From Schizochytrium sp. TIO01 (taxonomy: Eukaryota; Protista; Bigyra: Labyrinthulomycetes), in assembly GCA_004764695.1 (NCBI GenBank), contig SMSO01000014.1, positions 3,405,648 to 3,469,647 of the forward strand: a stretch of DNA of 64,000 nt, written 5' to 3'. Under the pieces are notes generated by a model. The model made no database searches. It saw only the letters and a program-made list of their open reading frames with translations, and had not been told where the DNA came from. Positions 12,367 through 26,459 of this stretch are shown here, in pieces (the first letter of the stretch is position 1; each line of letters begins with the position of its first letter). Both the position numbers and the translations under genes were made by a program.

Positions 12367-15064
12367 AAATAAGTGGTGATAGAGTTAAAACGTACAACTC
12401 AGCTAGAAGGAGAAGAAGATTGGATTATTTCTGCGCTTCAAGCCTGCACATCTGAATAGATGCCTCATCAGCAAAGAAAGAAAGGACCTTATTGATCGCT
12501 CTTACTCTGCTCGAATTGGCCAGTACGAAATATGAACAGCCAACATAAAAGAAATATATTATTTTATATTATACAGGTGCACAGCTGTGACCCGTAGCAC
12601 GTAATGACTCTTGGCAGGCCGGCTTATACCTTGTTTTTCTTTTCCTTTTTAAACCAGGTACCTGATTTGTTACAGCTGCTATTCTCTTAACTTTAAAATT
12701 AAATTCCAAATAAAATAAACAAAACTATATTAATACTCGTATCATATTGCTCTGACTCGTAAAACATATACTCGCAAAAGTAAAATAAAAACTATTTAAT
12801 TCAAATTCATGCTTGGTACCTTCCGACCTAGTAGGCGCCTACTGATTGATGATACCAGTAGATACAAACAATAAACAATTGGCAGGACACTTGGGCAAGC
12901 AAGAGAAAGAGGAAGGAAGTCTTCGGGATAGAGAGACAGATAACTGCGAAAAGGCATCGCGTCACGTCGCAATGGATGGTATGCAATGGATGGCATGTAC
13001 GTGTCGCCCTTGAGCGTTCAAGCCTGGGCCAGACTGTGCGTCAGCAGCACGCAGTTGGCTTAAACTGCAGGTGCCTGCCTGCCTGCCTGCCATAAACACA
13101 TACCTACGATGCTTTCATGAAATGCATGCGAGCGTTGCGCTGCGATGACTCTGTCTCTGAGGCAGTCCAGTCCCGGACCCATGGGATCTTTTGCAGGGAG
13201 GGATCGAGAAATTGCGCCTTGCCAGCGTGGAGTTTTGGTGGATTTTAGAATGAGATCAAATGCAATCACCGCGGCTGACGCTGCTTGTTCGCTCCTCCTC
13301 CTCCTCCTCAGTTGGTTGGGTGTTTTGCGTGCGGCACAGAGGTACGTGGCCTTTTCAAGCAGCCCTTGAGGTGGAGCTACAAATGCAGAGCTGCCGGCGA
13401 GGATCTCGAGTGTACTGCCAAAGAAGTTGCGCTTTAAAGCAGATGGAATTCATCAATCGATTGAGCGAAGGGAAGAGAAGAAGCGCTTTCCACCTACCCC
13501 CGAAACGAAGGCTGGGCTGGCGCTGCTTTCGATTTCGCGTCAAGATGAGAGCGAGTGATCGATACGAGCGGCGACCTCTGGCACAGAGCGGTTTTTCATT
13601 GGTACTCTGGAGAATGAATGCTCTTTTGTTTAATTAATTCTTCAATTATTTATTTCGTTTCTTTTTCTTTTTAATTTTTCAATATGCATATATCTAATTG
13701 AGAAAGTAAAAAGATATTCTTTTTTCATTATATATATTATTGTTTTAAAATCAAGGTGCTAAGTTGTCACTCCAGATCAGTATACGTAGACAGCACTTCG
13801 AAGTGTTTCTTCTTGAATGCTATTTCTTTAATATAATTTCAAGGAACATCCAGGGTGTCAAGATCAGACATAGGTTTTTGATAGCAAGATGGCGTAAGCA
13901 AAACTAACGCAGAAACAAAGTTTCTCATCTTGAGTCCTTCATGGCGTTTATTTACACTCACTACAGTTCATGATAATTAAGTTAGATCTCGATTTCATTT
14001 TTAAAATTAAGTCGTTCTTTAAATTAAACAGATCAGCTCCGTCGCTTGCGCTTCTGGGCGAGTCAATCGATCCTTTTGCTTAATCTTTGAAAAAAAAAAA
14101 AAAATCTTAAATATAAATGCCACATAAATAAATAATACCTTTCCTGTGCAGTGGATCAAACCAAACCAACTGCTTTTCGAACCTTTACTTCTGGCTCCAA
14201 AGGCAAACTGGCCTTTTGCTTGTCCCCATATCCTTAGGTTGGGCCGCCAACACCCTTTCATAGACAACTTGGCATCGCTGAGTTGGAATCCCGATCGGCA
14301 TTCATCGATTCATCACCCATTCACATCGACACTCACGCATTCATGCACTCATGCATTAATTGACATGAATGAATGCATGCATGCATGCATGCATCCATCC
14401 GTCTCAGGTGTGCAAGCAATTCTCATGGCAGACAAACAGGACAGCCTTCAAACAAGCTGCAGTCGCTGCCCTCCTGCGAGGCCGATGGATGTCCGCGTCA
14501 GTGGGTGGCTGTCCGTCTGAGCTGATCGAGAGAGCAGCATGGTGTCATGGTGCACGTGCTCCGTACAACGTGCTGCCTGCTGTGCGTGGGTGCTGTGGTT
14601 GCGTTCATGAGCAACAAGTCATAGTCCGCATGCATTGTTAACCAATGAACTCACTCGCTCTCTCTCTGTCTCTGACTATCGAACCGATAAGTCCAAAAGA
14701 AGAAAGGCCTGTCTCGCTTTGGACGGGCTCACAAATTGGGCCAAAGCAGGAGGTCCGCGATTGGGGAAGTACTCAGAGCTCATAGATCCCCGACGGGTTT
14801 TGGCCCTCTCGGCAGCCTTCGTTCTTCGTCGGCGGCTTGCTCCAATGAATGGATGGAGGCACTTAATCACTCACTCACTCACTCACTCACTCACTGATTC
14901 ATTCGTTCGAATGATCGCCACCGGGAAAGCAAGTGCGTTGAAAACGTGAGTGAAGCCAAGCGAAGCAACCGGCAAAGGCTCCGGTGCGTCGCAGAAAGTC
15001 GGGAACTGAAGTGCAGTTTTATAGATTTTCGATTCGATCGTTTGATGAGTGAGTGTGATCATTT

Positions 15065-15419
15065 CGCTTGTTTGTTTGTAATTGCTTGCAATTGTTTGTT
15101 TGTTTGTTTGTTTGAAATTGTTTGAAATTGTTTGAAATTGTTTGTTTGTTTGTTTGCTTGTTTGTTTGTTTGTTTGTAATTGCTTGCAATTGCTTGCAAT
15201 TGTTTGAAATTGTTTGTTTGTTTGTTTGTTTGTTTGTTTGTTTGTTTGTTTGTTTGTTTGTTTGTTTGTTTGTTTGTTTGTTTGTTTGTTTGTTTGTTTG
15301 TTTGTTTGTTTGTTTGTTTGTTTGTTTTTGTATTGCTTGCAATTGTTTGTTTGTTTGTTTGTTTGCTTGTTTGTTTGTTTGCTTGTTTGTTTGTTTGTTT
15401 GTTTGTAATTGCTTGTTTG
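15065..15419. repeat. ~350-bp (TTTG)n array interrupted by recurring AATTGCTTGCAATT and GAAATTG units
   Basis: Directly visible; the longest simple repeat in the window. Confidence 0.95.
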
Positions 15420-16147
15420 CAGGTCGAAGGTGAAGTACTTTGTCACGGCCGGCAGAGCGTAGATTGAGTGTTTCTTGGGTGAGGAGGTCCTTCACTGAGC
15501 CGATGATGCACATTGGTTTCCTTGATTCGAGAAAAGGAGTCATCGTCAATCCTGAAGATCTCGAGGAGACGTAAGAAGCAGGCGTGACGGCGACGGTTGT
15601 CTCGGATCACGCAGCGGCGGTTCCTGATTGGACGGGAAGCGAAGTGGTTAGTTTGAATCGCGTTGAGGTTTCAAGTCTTCTTCTTCGTGGAGACCGAGTG
15701 GAGAAGCCTTCTGCGCGAACGTACACAACACATATCTAGCAACACTGTCCAGGGCCGCTGACTTGTATGTATATATGTATTGTATTCGTTCTGCAAATTA
15801 CGAACGCCTCAGCGTCGTTCAATCCTTCGGAAACTTATTACTTCTACAACCGCGTGGCTAACAAAAGCGCCGCGGCCGTTGGGCAAGTTGTTGGGGACAT
15901 TCGAGGAGCTTTAAAAACAAGGCAAGCAAGCAACGACGGCAGGTTCCTAAGACACGACAGGCCTGTACTGATGCCTGCCACCAGTTTTTTGTTGACCTTT
16001 CCAGGAGTCTTGATGTTTATCATATGTTACTTTGGAGATAACAGGTAGGAAAGCTGGATGGACTTGAATGAAATACTTTCTATGAGTTCCTTTTATGATT
16101 TGTGATGTTAAAGGGAAAAGTAAATAGAAAAGTAAACAGTTATGCAT

Positions 16148-16149
16148 GA

Positions 16150-16181
<32 letters not shown>

Positions 16182-16183
16182 AA
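16148..16183. repeat. (GAAA)n microsatellite
   Basis: Directly visible. Confidence 0.9.
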
Positions 16184-19100
16184 ATCACTCAGTTTACCTA
16201 CCTCGATAGTTTCGAACGCTTCCATTATGAATCTATGTTTATTTTATTATGACTCGCATGAGGCCACGGTAGGTCGATAGAGAGCGCCAGCTACTTAGTT
16301 CGTCAGTGGTTTGTAGCCAGTTAATCATGGTTCACCACTACTGGCCAACTGGTATAAATTAGTGCACTATCATACCTTTTCGATGAAGCTAAAAGAAACC
16401 AGTCCAACCTAGTTCTGTTTTGATTTCGTTAGATTGCGATCATTTTCTATTTTTATTTAAATGTAATAAAAGTCTAAGCAAAGCGAAGCCATTATTCTAC
16501 GGACCCACTTTTTAGTTTCACTAAATAAGAAGGAAGACTTTCGGATATATTCGAAGCAAAAATCGTCATGGATCTCAAAAAGCCAGGTTTAAGGTGACGT
16601 GATCCCTCGAATGTCGTCTAATCGTGACCACCTCAGGTGCCTGCCTGCCTGTCTGCCTTCGCGTTGTATCATAAAAAGCACCCCCGGAATGTTTCTTGGT
16701 TCACTTTAATTGCGCATACAGCAGCTACTAAGCTGTTGCAAGTGCAAAGTAAGTACTCTTAAATGTAACCGATCAATCCATCTTGGAACTCGCATCGCCT
16801 TTAACTCACATGGTGAGTTCACCTCGTCAAGTATTTGCGTTATCATTCAAAAGCCCCCAAAGAAAATATTTTACTTTTTTACACTCAGATGATCGTTCTC
16901 TACAAGTACAAGAGTTATCTACGAGCAAGTACTTTATCAGATACTTACTTCTGTCCTAATAGTGGCTTGCCTAGATCGAGGTTACTACAAGTTAATATTT
17001 TCCGGTTAATGATGTTTTATTTTCTATTTTGATAAATCACTAATAACAATAACGCTGCCCGCAAACGTATCGGGCACAGATTGATGTCGTCGCTTTTTCA
17101 AGAATCCAGGTCTGAGTCCCGCCACCTCAAAGGACTTATCTGGAGAAGGCTCTGGTGCGGGTCTGTACTTACTATGAGCGAAACATCCGCGCCTGGAATC
17201 ATTGCCTAATTTGGTTTGGTAAATAGAAAAGCATTGTGTATTTTGGATTTCACTTTAGTTCGAGATGAACATAAAGAATCCTTTACAAAAATACAATGGG
17301 AGGTATAAAAGAGGAGCACAGCAATGATTTGCGCAACAGCTGAGTTGATGATGATAAAGTAAACAGTGGCTATATTGTATGAACGTGCTCTAATTCAAGT
17401 ATTTATGAAATGTACTCACAAAAGATGTGGGCCTTGTGTTTTAGATAAGACGAAACAGACATAATGCCTCATATGAAAATTTTGCAAATCCGAAGAAGAT
17501 TAATTAATAGGTTGCATATGTGCAAGTTTTAACAATTGCTCTTAATAGCTCAGGCTAGAAACCATAGGCGGTCTGTACGACTTCGGATTGTGCACTCACC
17601 TACTGGATCAGGAGATATTACAGTTCAAACGTAAATGCTACAATGTGAACTTATAATAATGAATCATAAAGAGTGCCAAAACATGGGAGGTACACCTGAT
17701 TAATCTTTGGCTGGTGGTTTATGCTTCTAACGTCTTAAAATTCGTCTTGTCAAGGGAAAAGGGAAAAGTTTCCCCCCTAGCTTCGCTTCAATAGAGGCCG
17801 CTCTTTGAGTAGGACGGTTTGCTCAGGTATACGGAACGGTTCTTGGGTGAGCAGCCCAGCTCCACACATCTCGACCGCTACAAGACAAATTTCTTAAGTG
17901 CGTATGATACAAATGACATTTGACTAACGATATTTAACCGTCTTCCTCCCTCGCTGGGTCCAGGCTTTTTTCTTGTGCAAATCGCGAATAAATACTTTTA
18001 AGCGAACGTTTGATTAGTCTCCCCAGTTGACCCATTTACAGCAACAGTGAGTTTTTTTATCAAAAGTATATAAATCTAGTATGCCTTATATACAGCAATG
18101 AAATCCCGCCTTCAGATGAAACCTTAGTGAGCGGGTATTAGTATCCTTCACATGTGAAAATACCTTATTTTTCAGTTTAATAAAGGTAAGTAAACGCATT
18201 AAATTCTTAGAGAATTTCATTCAATGTTTTAGCAACAGCAAACGTTTCATGTACTCGGATTAACACTATACAGTTGCACCTGTCCTTGGACAAGGACACC
18301 ATATACATTTTAAAATATATATAATAAAAAAGAACCTGAATATGTTAATGTAATCATCTTCCTCAAACTGTTTTTCGTAGCGCTCTAAGAATACTATTCA
18401 CTTTTTTAAAATATAAAAAACTCTTTTAAAATATTTAATAAAATACATAACTATTAAATGGCCCGTGTTCTTGTAAACATATTCATATTTTTCTTTCATT
18501 ATTCATGAATTTGTTTTATTTTCAAATTAAAAATTAAACAATCTGTCAAAGAGTAATAAACCTTTTCTTCAAAATAATATTCATAGAGAGTTTGTATTTT
18601 TAATATCTCTTACTCTTTCTTATTCAGCACTTCTTGGTAATAGCTGTTGAGACTACAGTACTTCCCAGCAAAAGGCACATGTGTATACTATTTTCGAGTT
18701 TCAAATCGTAATTACTGGAAGAAGACAGGAAGCCAAAGTTGCAAAGGCGGTCAAAGATTCGATTTATGACTACTAAGGATCTAGGCATGGAGGCAGGGCC
18801 TCTTGAAAGGTTTTACTCTTGGTAAGACTAGACGATGCACTTGTAAATGCACGCCTTTACTCCCGTCAATTCGTTGTCTGGCCACCAATGACTGTGACCG
18901 AAGAAGGGCCCTCGTCTCGGTTGTTTTTCGCTTCGTCTCCATCCCAGTTGCTCCTTCCTTCTCCGTAGCCGAGAGATCGACTCGTACAGCTCTGGTGATG
19001 ACCATCGTTATCACCCTTTCGAGGCACACCCATAAGTTTAAGTCTGCTTTGCCGCGCTTCGCGTGCGTCAGTGAGTGGTAAGTATTTTAATTTTTAGGTA

Positions 19101-20555
19101 CCTAGGAGGATGTCTTACTTTTGCACTCTTTTTCCTTTTCTTTCTTTCTTTCTTTTTCTCTGTCCATCATTTGTTCCTTCGCAGTATCAGTAGGTACTTG
19201 GTACTAGAGATGGATCTATCTGCTGCTCCTTACGAAGGGGAAAGGAAAGCATCACCAAAACAAGCGCCAAGTGATTCCTTTAACTTCTCTCGCTCCCGAA
19301 GCAACAAACGCTCTCTCATGTGCGGACAATAGACGATGAAAGAACATCGACAAAACAAGCAGACTCACAGACCCTCATTGGCACTCGGGCTCTTATTTCT
19401 TCATTTCATTTTTATTTAAAAAATCGAAGGATGCTGCTGCTGCTTTCATGATGGCTAGAAGGGGGTGTATCACTCGACTTGGAAATGCGCACCACACAGC
19501 CAAAGCTTAGTGATTAGGCATAACCTGCGTCTCTTTGAAAAGCCAACTGTTTAAGTGGGTATTTTATTTAGGTTAGGAAAAAAAAGAAAAAAGAGATGTT
19601 TTTTATTTTATTTTTTGATAGCTGGTAGCTCACACTTCTTTCTCCCTCACATTTATGGGTGACGTGGTTTTCGATCTACCTACATCGAAACGCAGGTTCA
19701 CGTAGTTACAGAGCGAGAGTATCGGTAATCCCTGCAGGAAGGAGTAAATGAAGGAAGGGATCGATCTGGAAACAGGCTGCAGCATGTCATGATGGAGCAA
19801 AAGGGTCGTAGTGCTCCTTTCGAGTTTGTGGGTGGGCGGGTAGGCCTTGTAGGTTGTCTGGAGCTCGAGTGGGCAGCTAGCTGGAAAGTAGTAACACGTA
19901 AAGAGGAGGAGGAGCTCGATACTGAAATCAATCTAACTAGCTAGCTCCAGTAGAGAAAGACCCGCGAGTAAACGTGCGCAAATACATAAGTAGCTTTCAC
20001 AGCCACTCCTAGGTAGGGAGCTAGCTGGCTCACTAGCTACCTGCATGTCCATTCGTTGAAGCGAAAAGTTAAATTTTGAAACTAAAGGCAGTGAAACTAG
20101 AAATTATGACCGCGAGTAGGTTTAGAACCGTGATTTCAAGTAACTACATCAGCGAACACAGATCACAAGACGCGGTAGCAGGCGCTCACTCACTCACTCA
20201 CTCGCGCTCACTTACTCACTTACTCGCTTGCCTGCGTACTTGCTGCTTTAACCGAATCCTTCCGTACTTCCTCTCAAGCAAGCAGACAAACTGCATGGCT
20301 TAGAACTGAGTCGTGGCCATGAGCCATCGTTGGGGCCGAGATCCATCCCCCTCTCGAAGTTGTATTTGTTCCAAACATAATCATGGCTCAGTCCGCTAGT
20401 GCTGGAAGGATAGATAGATGCATACATACATACACCTGCTACGGTACTATCAAGAGTAGGTAGAGGTACTCGATGGTCAACAGGTTATAAAGCGTTCCCA
20501 GTAAGTTTTTACTGCTTACGGGTACCTACTACCCAACTCGTTTCCACTTAGCCTG

Positions 20556-20561
20556 CTTTTC

Positions 20562-20603
<42 letters not shown>
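20556..20603. repeat. (CTTT)n microsatellite
   Basis: Directly visible. Confidence 0.9.
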
Positions 20604-20604
<1 letters not shown>

Positions 20605-21146
20605 GTCTTTGCTTGTTTGTGCAGACAAAGACGGAGGACTAATAATGTGTGGAATGAAACTAAATACGGATTACTTTTGTATTCACTAGAAGAGCAATGA
20701 TCACTTAATAGATCAAACAAGGTATCGGGGAAGCCATCGTCTGAATAGAATGAGCTATTGCGCTGCGCAAAGTGCAATTTGGAGGATTCTGTTGAAACCC
20801 TCTGTCGATGAAAAGAGAAAGTTTAGACTAGTGGGTAAGAACAGGAAGCACAATGAATACATGGCTTCATGAATAGATGTATCACAATGTGATTTTAGCA
20901 CGGCTGGGTAGTTTGTAAACCTTTGCATAATCTTGATCGCTCGCCTTTTCGGACTTCCTCTTATTATTAGTTTCGCGGTTCGACTGTTTGTTTTTCTCAA
21001 GCTGCTCTCTAGCTAGGGGAATGAAATAAGCCTAAAAGCATTTTTCAAATTCAAAACAAACCCAGGCGAAGGTAGTAAGTAAGCATCAAAATGTTATGCT
21101 TTGCTCTTCGTAAATGCTCCTTTACTCCTATTCTGTTTGTTTCCTC

Positions 21147-21462
21147 ATTCGTTCGTTCGTTCGTTCGTTCGTTCGTTTGTTTGTTTCTTTATTTCTTTAT
21201 TTCTTTATTTCTTTATTTCTTTGTCCCTGGCACTGAGGCACCAACCTTGGACGTAAGAGTAACCGGCCTAGTGAGCTAGCCTCCAGACGACCTTGGATGG
21301 AAAGGGCCGTTCTTCTGCTGTGCTCGTCTTCTTCCTTCGCCCCAGAGTTTCAAGTTCGCTCTCTCACTCATTCTCTCACTCATCCTCCCTCTCGTCCATT
21401 TCAACATCATTTCAAGGCACTCACTCACTCACTCACTCTCTCACTCTCTCACTCTCTCACTC
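21147..21462. repeat. Cluster of (TTCG)n, (TTTCTTTA)n and (CTCA)n repeats
   Basis: Directly visible at 21147-21221 and 21358-21462. Confidence 0.85.
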
Positions 21463-22061
21463 ACCTCTGCATGATGCGAGACTGAGAGAACTCCTTAACT
21501 TAGCTGGCTCGCTTTCTTCCAACTTGAACTTTCCTGAGTCCACGCTTAGCTTAGTCAGCTAGTCCAATCACGTAACAACATTTGAAACAGTTCGTACCCA
21601 AACAAACTCCCTTTCGAATAAGCGAAAGCCTCCTTTCTCCTTCTCCTTCTTCTTCTTCTTCGCCGCTGCTGCAGCAGAGAGGACCTACTACTCGGTACCT
21701 TCGTCCGCTCTCACGCAGCCTGGCTTGCTAGCTTGCTTGCTTGCTTGCTTGGTTGTTTGCAATCCCGCGATGGTCACAGATGCAGTACGAAGTTCGACTC
21801 GGCCACCTAGCGGCGACTAGCTACGACTACCTATGTAGCACTTAGGAGAGGAGTCTAGCTAGCTACTAGTAGCTGGTGGCTTGTGAGCCTTTAGATTTGT
21901 GTGATTTGTGAGAAAAATGATGCAAACAATACGAGGAGCGAACTACGAGGAACCCAAGTCTTCAGCGGCTGGGCATGTTGGTTGAGGTTAAAATGTTTTA
22001 GCAACGTGCAAGACGAGCCAGGACTTAGTGGGGTGCTGTTGGAGCGGCTTTGAACTTGAAG

Positions 22062-22063
<2 letters not shown>

Positions 22064-22094
<31 letters not shown>

Positions 22095-22117
22095 ATCAAT
22101 CAATCAATCAATCAATC
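22064..22117. repeat. (TCAA)n microsatellite
   Basis: Directly visible. Confidence 0.9.
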
Positions 22118-25100
22118 GCAATCGATCGGCCATTCAGGGCTGATCCTCGCAACGTTCTATAGTATTATCACCTGTCCGCTGCAGTTTGGACGTGAGAAAG
22201 AAAACTGGAATGTGAAGCATGAATGAACAGAATAAAATAAGATTGGAGTGTGAGTTTGTGAGTATCACGACACCTCCTTGTTCATCAGGCACGCCTGACG
22301 GGAGAAGACTTTTGAATGTTGATGAATTTTGAAACTTCCACCGCCCAGCAAAACTTTTAATCTTTTAAAAGGCGAGGCGAGAATCCCCGCCGCTGGAAGT
22401 ATGAGGCGTACCGGCATCACCGATGTCAAAATCACAAGAAGCGCACGTAACTCCGATGAATCGAGGAGGCGTCTTGCTTCATTCGTCTTATCTTCGCAGC
22501 TCGAGGCGGTCTTTCCCAATGTATTTCGAAAGTTTCTAGAGATCAGGAAAGTATCGTCTTTTTGTTTATTGATCTCCCCTTTTTAAATAATTATTATTAA
22601 AAGCTTAAAATAGGTAGGTAGGTAGGTATTTATTTCATCAAAAGTCTTACGCGAACTTAAAGAAAGAGTTTTTTTCAACAGAGCGCTAGCAGCGTGCGCT
22701 ATCTGTTTCTCTAGGGCGAGAGAGCTGCGCCACTGATCACGATTCACTCAGACGCGACCTAGAGCCAACGACAACTTTTTAAAGAAGCGTGCACCGGAGT
22801 ATGACACAGTTGCCGCTACTGTGATACGTTTGCATTAATCGAACGAAACATTCGATTGCGCCTCCTTCGGGCTTCAAGTCGAGTTGAGTCAATCCAAGAA
22901 CAAGACTGAGCAAGCGTTAGGAACTGCGAGCCGACTTGAAGCACGAGGATGGCAAGTTGGCAAGCAGAATGCCGCACATCCATAATTCATCTATTTGGAG
23001 GGAAGTTTCCATTGGTTGGATGTGAGCTGGATGTTGTGAATTTGATTGAACCTGAGATAGTGAACGGACGACCAGCAAGAGCCTCTGACCGCCAACCTTT
23101 GCACGCGAAAGGACAGGAGACAATACTCTGTGGTAAAAAGAGGCGGCTGCTTCGTTGAATGACGGGAGAGTGAGTGAGGAGTGAGAAATGGGTGAGGAGT
23201 GAGGGAGTGTTTCCCGGCCTTGAGCTCGCACGGCTGTCGAGGTTTTGATCAATCTTGCAGAAGATTGTTCCAAATTGAGCCTGATTTTGACGATCACGTT
23301 TGACTTCAGAGACGTAATAAAACTATTTAGCGACGTTATGCTTCTTCACGCTATGATGTGTAAGCAGACTGGACGACTTACTTCTGGAGGGCGAACAATA
23401 TTCATGTCAGCTGACTCAAACGCGATTCTTGAGTTTGAGAGTGTTGAATTTTGAAGGTACATGACAGAAATTTCCAAATCGAAGCCTTGCTCAAAACCAA
23501 TTTTTTTATTTTGATTTTCTTTTTACATTTTAGATAATATTTATAATTATAACATATACAAACAACAACATTTTATTTTAATATATATATATATTTATTT
23601 ATTTATTAATAAAAGAAAGTGAGACAGATCATTGGAGGCATTATATAAACTATGCCACAATATCTCAAGACTTACAGATAGAATCTGTGACGCTTTACTT
23701 ATTGCACCTGCAAAATGCAAACTCTGTTTCTATTGATGGTGCGCTCCTGGACTCTTTTAATAACATAAGACCTTTTTTTTTTTTCTTACGACCGACCTAT
23801 CCACCAACGTAGTCACTTACTCTGGGCAAGAAAATCAAAGGTTCCTTTTCTCTATAACATTAAATTATTGAGTTTCATATTTAATTTTAAAAAAATAAAA
23901 AAAAAATAAAGGGGAACTGACACAATACTATATCACTTCAACGTGCTCCATCGATCGATCTGCTGTCAAGAACAGCAGAAGTAGCCTGTGGGTAGAGACC
24001 ATAGGTAAGTGTTTCGTCAAGGAGGTCTTCTGGGCCGAGCTGCGCCATATTATTATGTTTTTTGATCCCACTCGAACTGACTACTAGTCTCCCTTGGGCA
24101 GTGCATAGTAAGCGGCCACGGCACTTCGATCGAATCTTCGTTCGGCTAGAAGTGCGGAGTAAATGAACGTCAAAAACGAAGAATCATCTAAAGCCACTAA
24201 ACCACACTGCATTAGGTAGGCAGCTAATGTTGTATATAGAAATAGAAATAGCAAGGCACTCACACAAATAATTAATCTTCCACCTATGTTTTCGCAAATT
24301 CTTAAGATATCATTGCGGAGCCAGAAAGTCCCTACTTCCCAGTGTAATCTACCAGCGAGGAATGCTTGAAACTCAATAGGCAGGCATAGGTGCTCTCGCG
24401 TTCTTTCATACACTGAGCTATGCGCTTCAGTAAGTATTCAGAAAATCAAAGGCTATACAACGTGTGGCTATAAAACGATGCAAAATCTTTGGGCGATACT
24501 TACTTTTATTTACAAGAAACCTAAGCTTTGATTGAGTGAATTACCTATTCGAAAAGAAAGAATGAAAGGAAGAGGTTGGAATTGTGTAGAGTTAAAACCA
24601 TTTACCTCAATACGATTCCCAATGGAACCTATGAGTCTCGGCTCACGACTATCATATAATAAGACTGGAGTTGCTGACAAGAAGGTGAACATGAGCTACT
24701 ACAATTTTATAACATTTTCACTACCAGTAAAGCAACGTGTCATCCTTCCTTTTGGTAGCCAGAATCGTGGTAAGGTAGCAGAAGGAGGACTTTTCATCCT
24801 CGTGATGTGTCGTTTTTGGACGTTTATAGTAGACAAGCAATTTTATGTTCCGTATGAGTAGGTAATCATAATCAGTAAATTTCGAAATCGATCTGGATCT
24901 GCCAATTATGCATTGGTTCAAAATAAAAGTAGCATGTCACGATTCTGAGCTGATCATTGCCGTCTTGATTGTATGAGTAGAATTTTTCGTCAGACTGCTG
25001 GTGAACTTGCTACTCCATATTTTAACAATTGACTGATTTGAAATATTACTCATCGGTCCAAACATCCAAACGCCCTACCTGGTCTTCTAGTACCTGACCA

Positions 25101-26459
25101 AACTTTTATAGGAATATATGTATATACCCCAATATAGCAAACGCTGCATCAACTAAGACGTAAGCCAAGAGAACCACTCAAAAGCATCTCCAGACTACCA
25201 AGGTGTTGTTGCAAATCCAATTTAGTTTTGCACGTTGCAGCAACTACTCACCCCGTTCAGCATAAGAATAACTACTCCTGTTAATGGTTTTGCTTCGGGT
25301 CACCTCTATCTATTTCTGTATCCCAGATGACTATGATTTGCATGGCTACAGGGCTTGCCTCTTTTTTGGTCCTCCTTTGTTGACTTTCTTACGAAAAGAG
25401 TCACAGTATAGTGACATAGATCTTCAGCAGTATTAGCAGTGAGGCATAGCGCTGACTGGTACGAGGTACTAGTAGTCCTATGTAGTAAGTCCCGCTAGCT
25501 ATCTGGTAGAACTATTAGTCAGTGCCCTAGACAGCTTTTCGTTTCTCCAAACCCAATGTTCGTGTGCTAGGTCGGTCTATCAGGTTTGGTATCCTTAGAC
25601 CTAAAGTGAAGTACCCTATAAGTATTATATTTCCATAAACTCGGGAACATTTTCAAGGACTCGGGGATCTTTTAAAAGAAGGCTACTTGAATATCGTCAC
25701 AGTAAGGAGAGGACGAGAGGCATCTCGATCGTAGATGAACAAACACGATTTGCGTTTGTTGGACACACTGAGGTTAGCGTAGAACCAAAGAGTGCTATGC
25801 GCTTTTCATTTTATAAGTTGGAAAGCTGTCTACTATCTTTTTAATATTTACTTTTATACTGTGTGTCTAAAAAGGAAAAAGGAAAACTTTTAGTTTGACG
25901 AATTAGTTATAGGCAGCACTTCTCTTCATTTTCATTATCTTCCTCTTTTATTTTCAGTGACAAACCTTTTATTTTTTTTATTTTGAAATAAGAAGCATAG
26001 TTCAGACTTTTCATTCGAATATTCTGGTTTATTATTTTAAACATTTTATACAACAAACAGAACAAGTTCTAGAATGAGCTAGCCCTTCTTCTTCTATATA
26101 TGAAAGTAAAAGAAAGAATAAAATTTAAAGGTAGTAATTGTAACATTCGTCTTTTCTTTCTTTTGTAAGGAACCAAAGAAAGATACTCTCAAGTCAAGTT
26201 TTTCCAAGTCTTTAAACAAATCATGAAACACCAACATTCCCAAAGTAGCAGAAACCTCGCACACAAATAAAACAAGAACAAAGGATGCCGCAGACAGGGT
26301 CCCAAATAAAAGAGCCTGATCCCAGCACCTTCGGAGAGAGAACTCGGGCAATACTAAAGCAGGCAAAGCCTTCTATTCCTACCCGCTTACCTCTCAGTTT
26401 CCCGCAAAAGATGTGAAAGAGCGGCAGAACGAGGAGCTCAGAAGGATTGGATACCTTAC

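Noticed and set aside
15423-15560. U3 or box C/D snoRNA-like boxes (GAGCGT, GATGATG, CTGA), and a possible in-frame TGA (15431) read as selenocysteine
   Set aside because: Box C is imperfect, and there is no U3 box A/A' or terminal stem. The predicted splice does not give CxxU, and I found no SECIS core downstream.
18787-19083. GC-richer segment ending in tandem donors GTGAGT (19071) and GTAAGT (19078)
   Set aside because: I could not identify a credible coding frame or partner exon.
21791-21801. GTTCGACTC B-box/T-loop-like motif
   Set aside because: No cloverleaf or A-box at the right distance.
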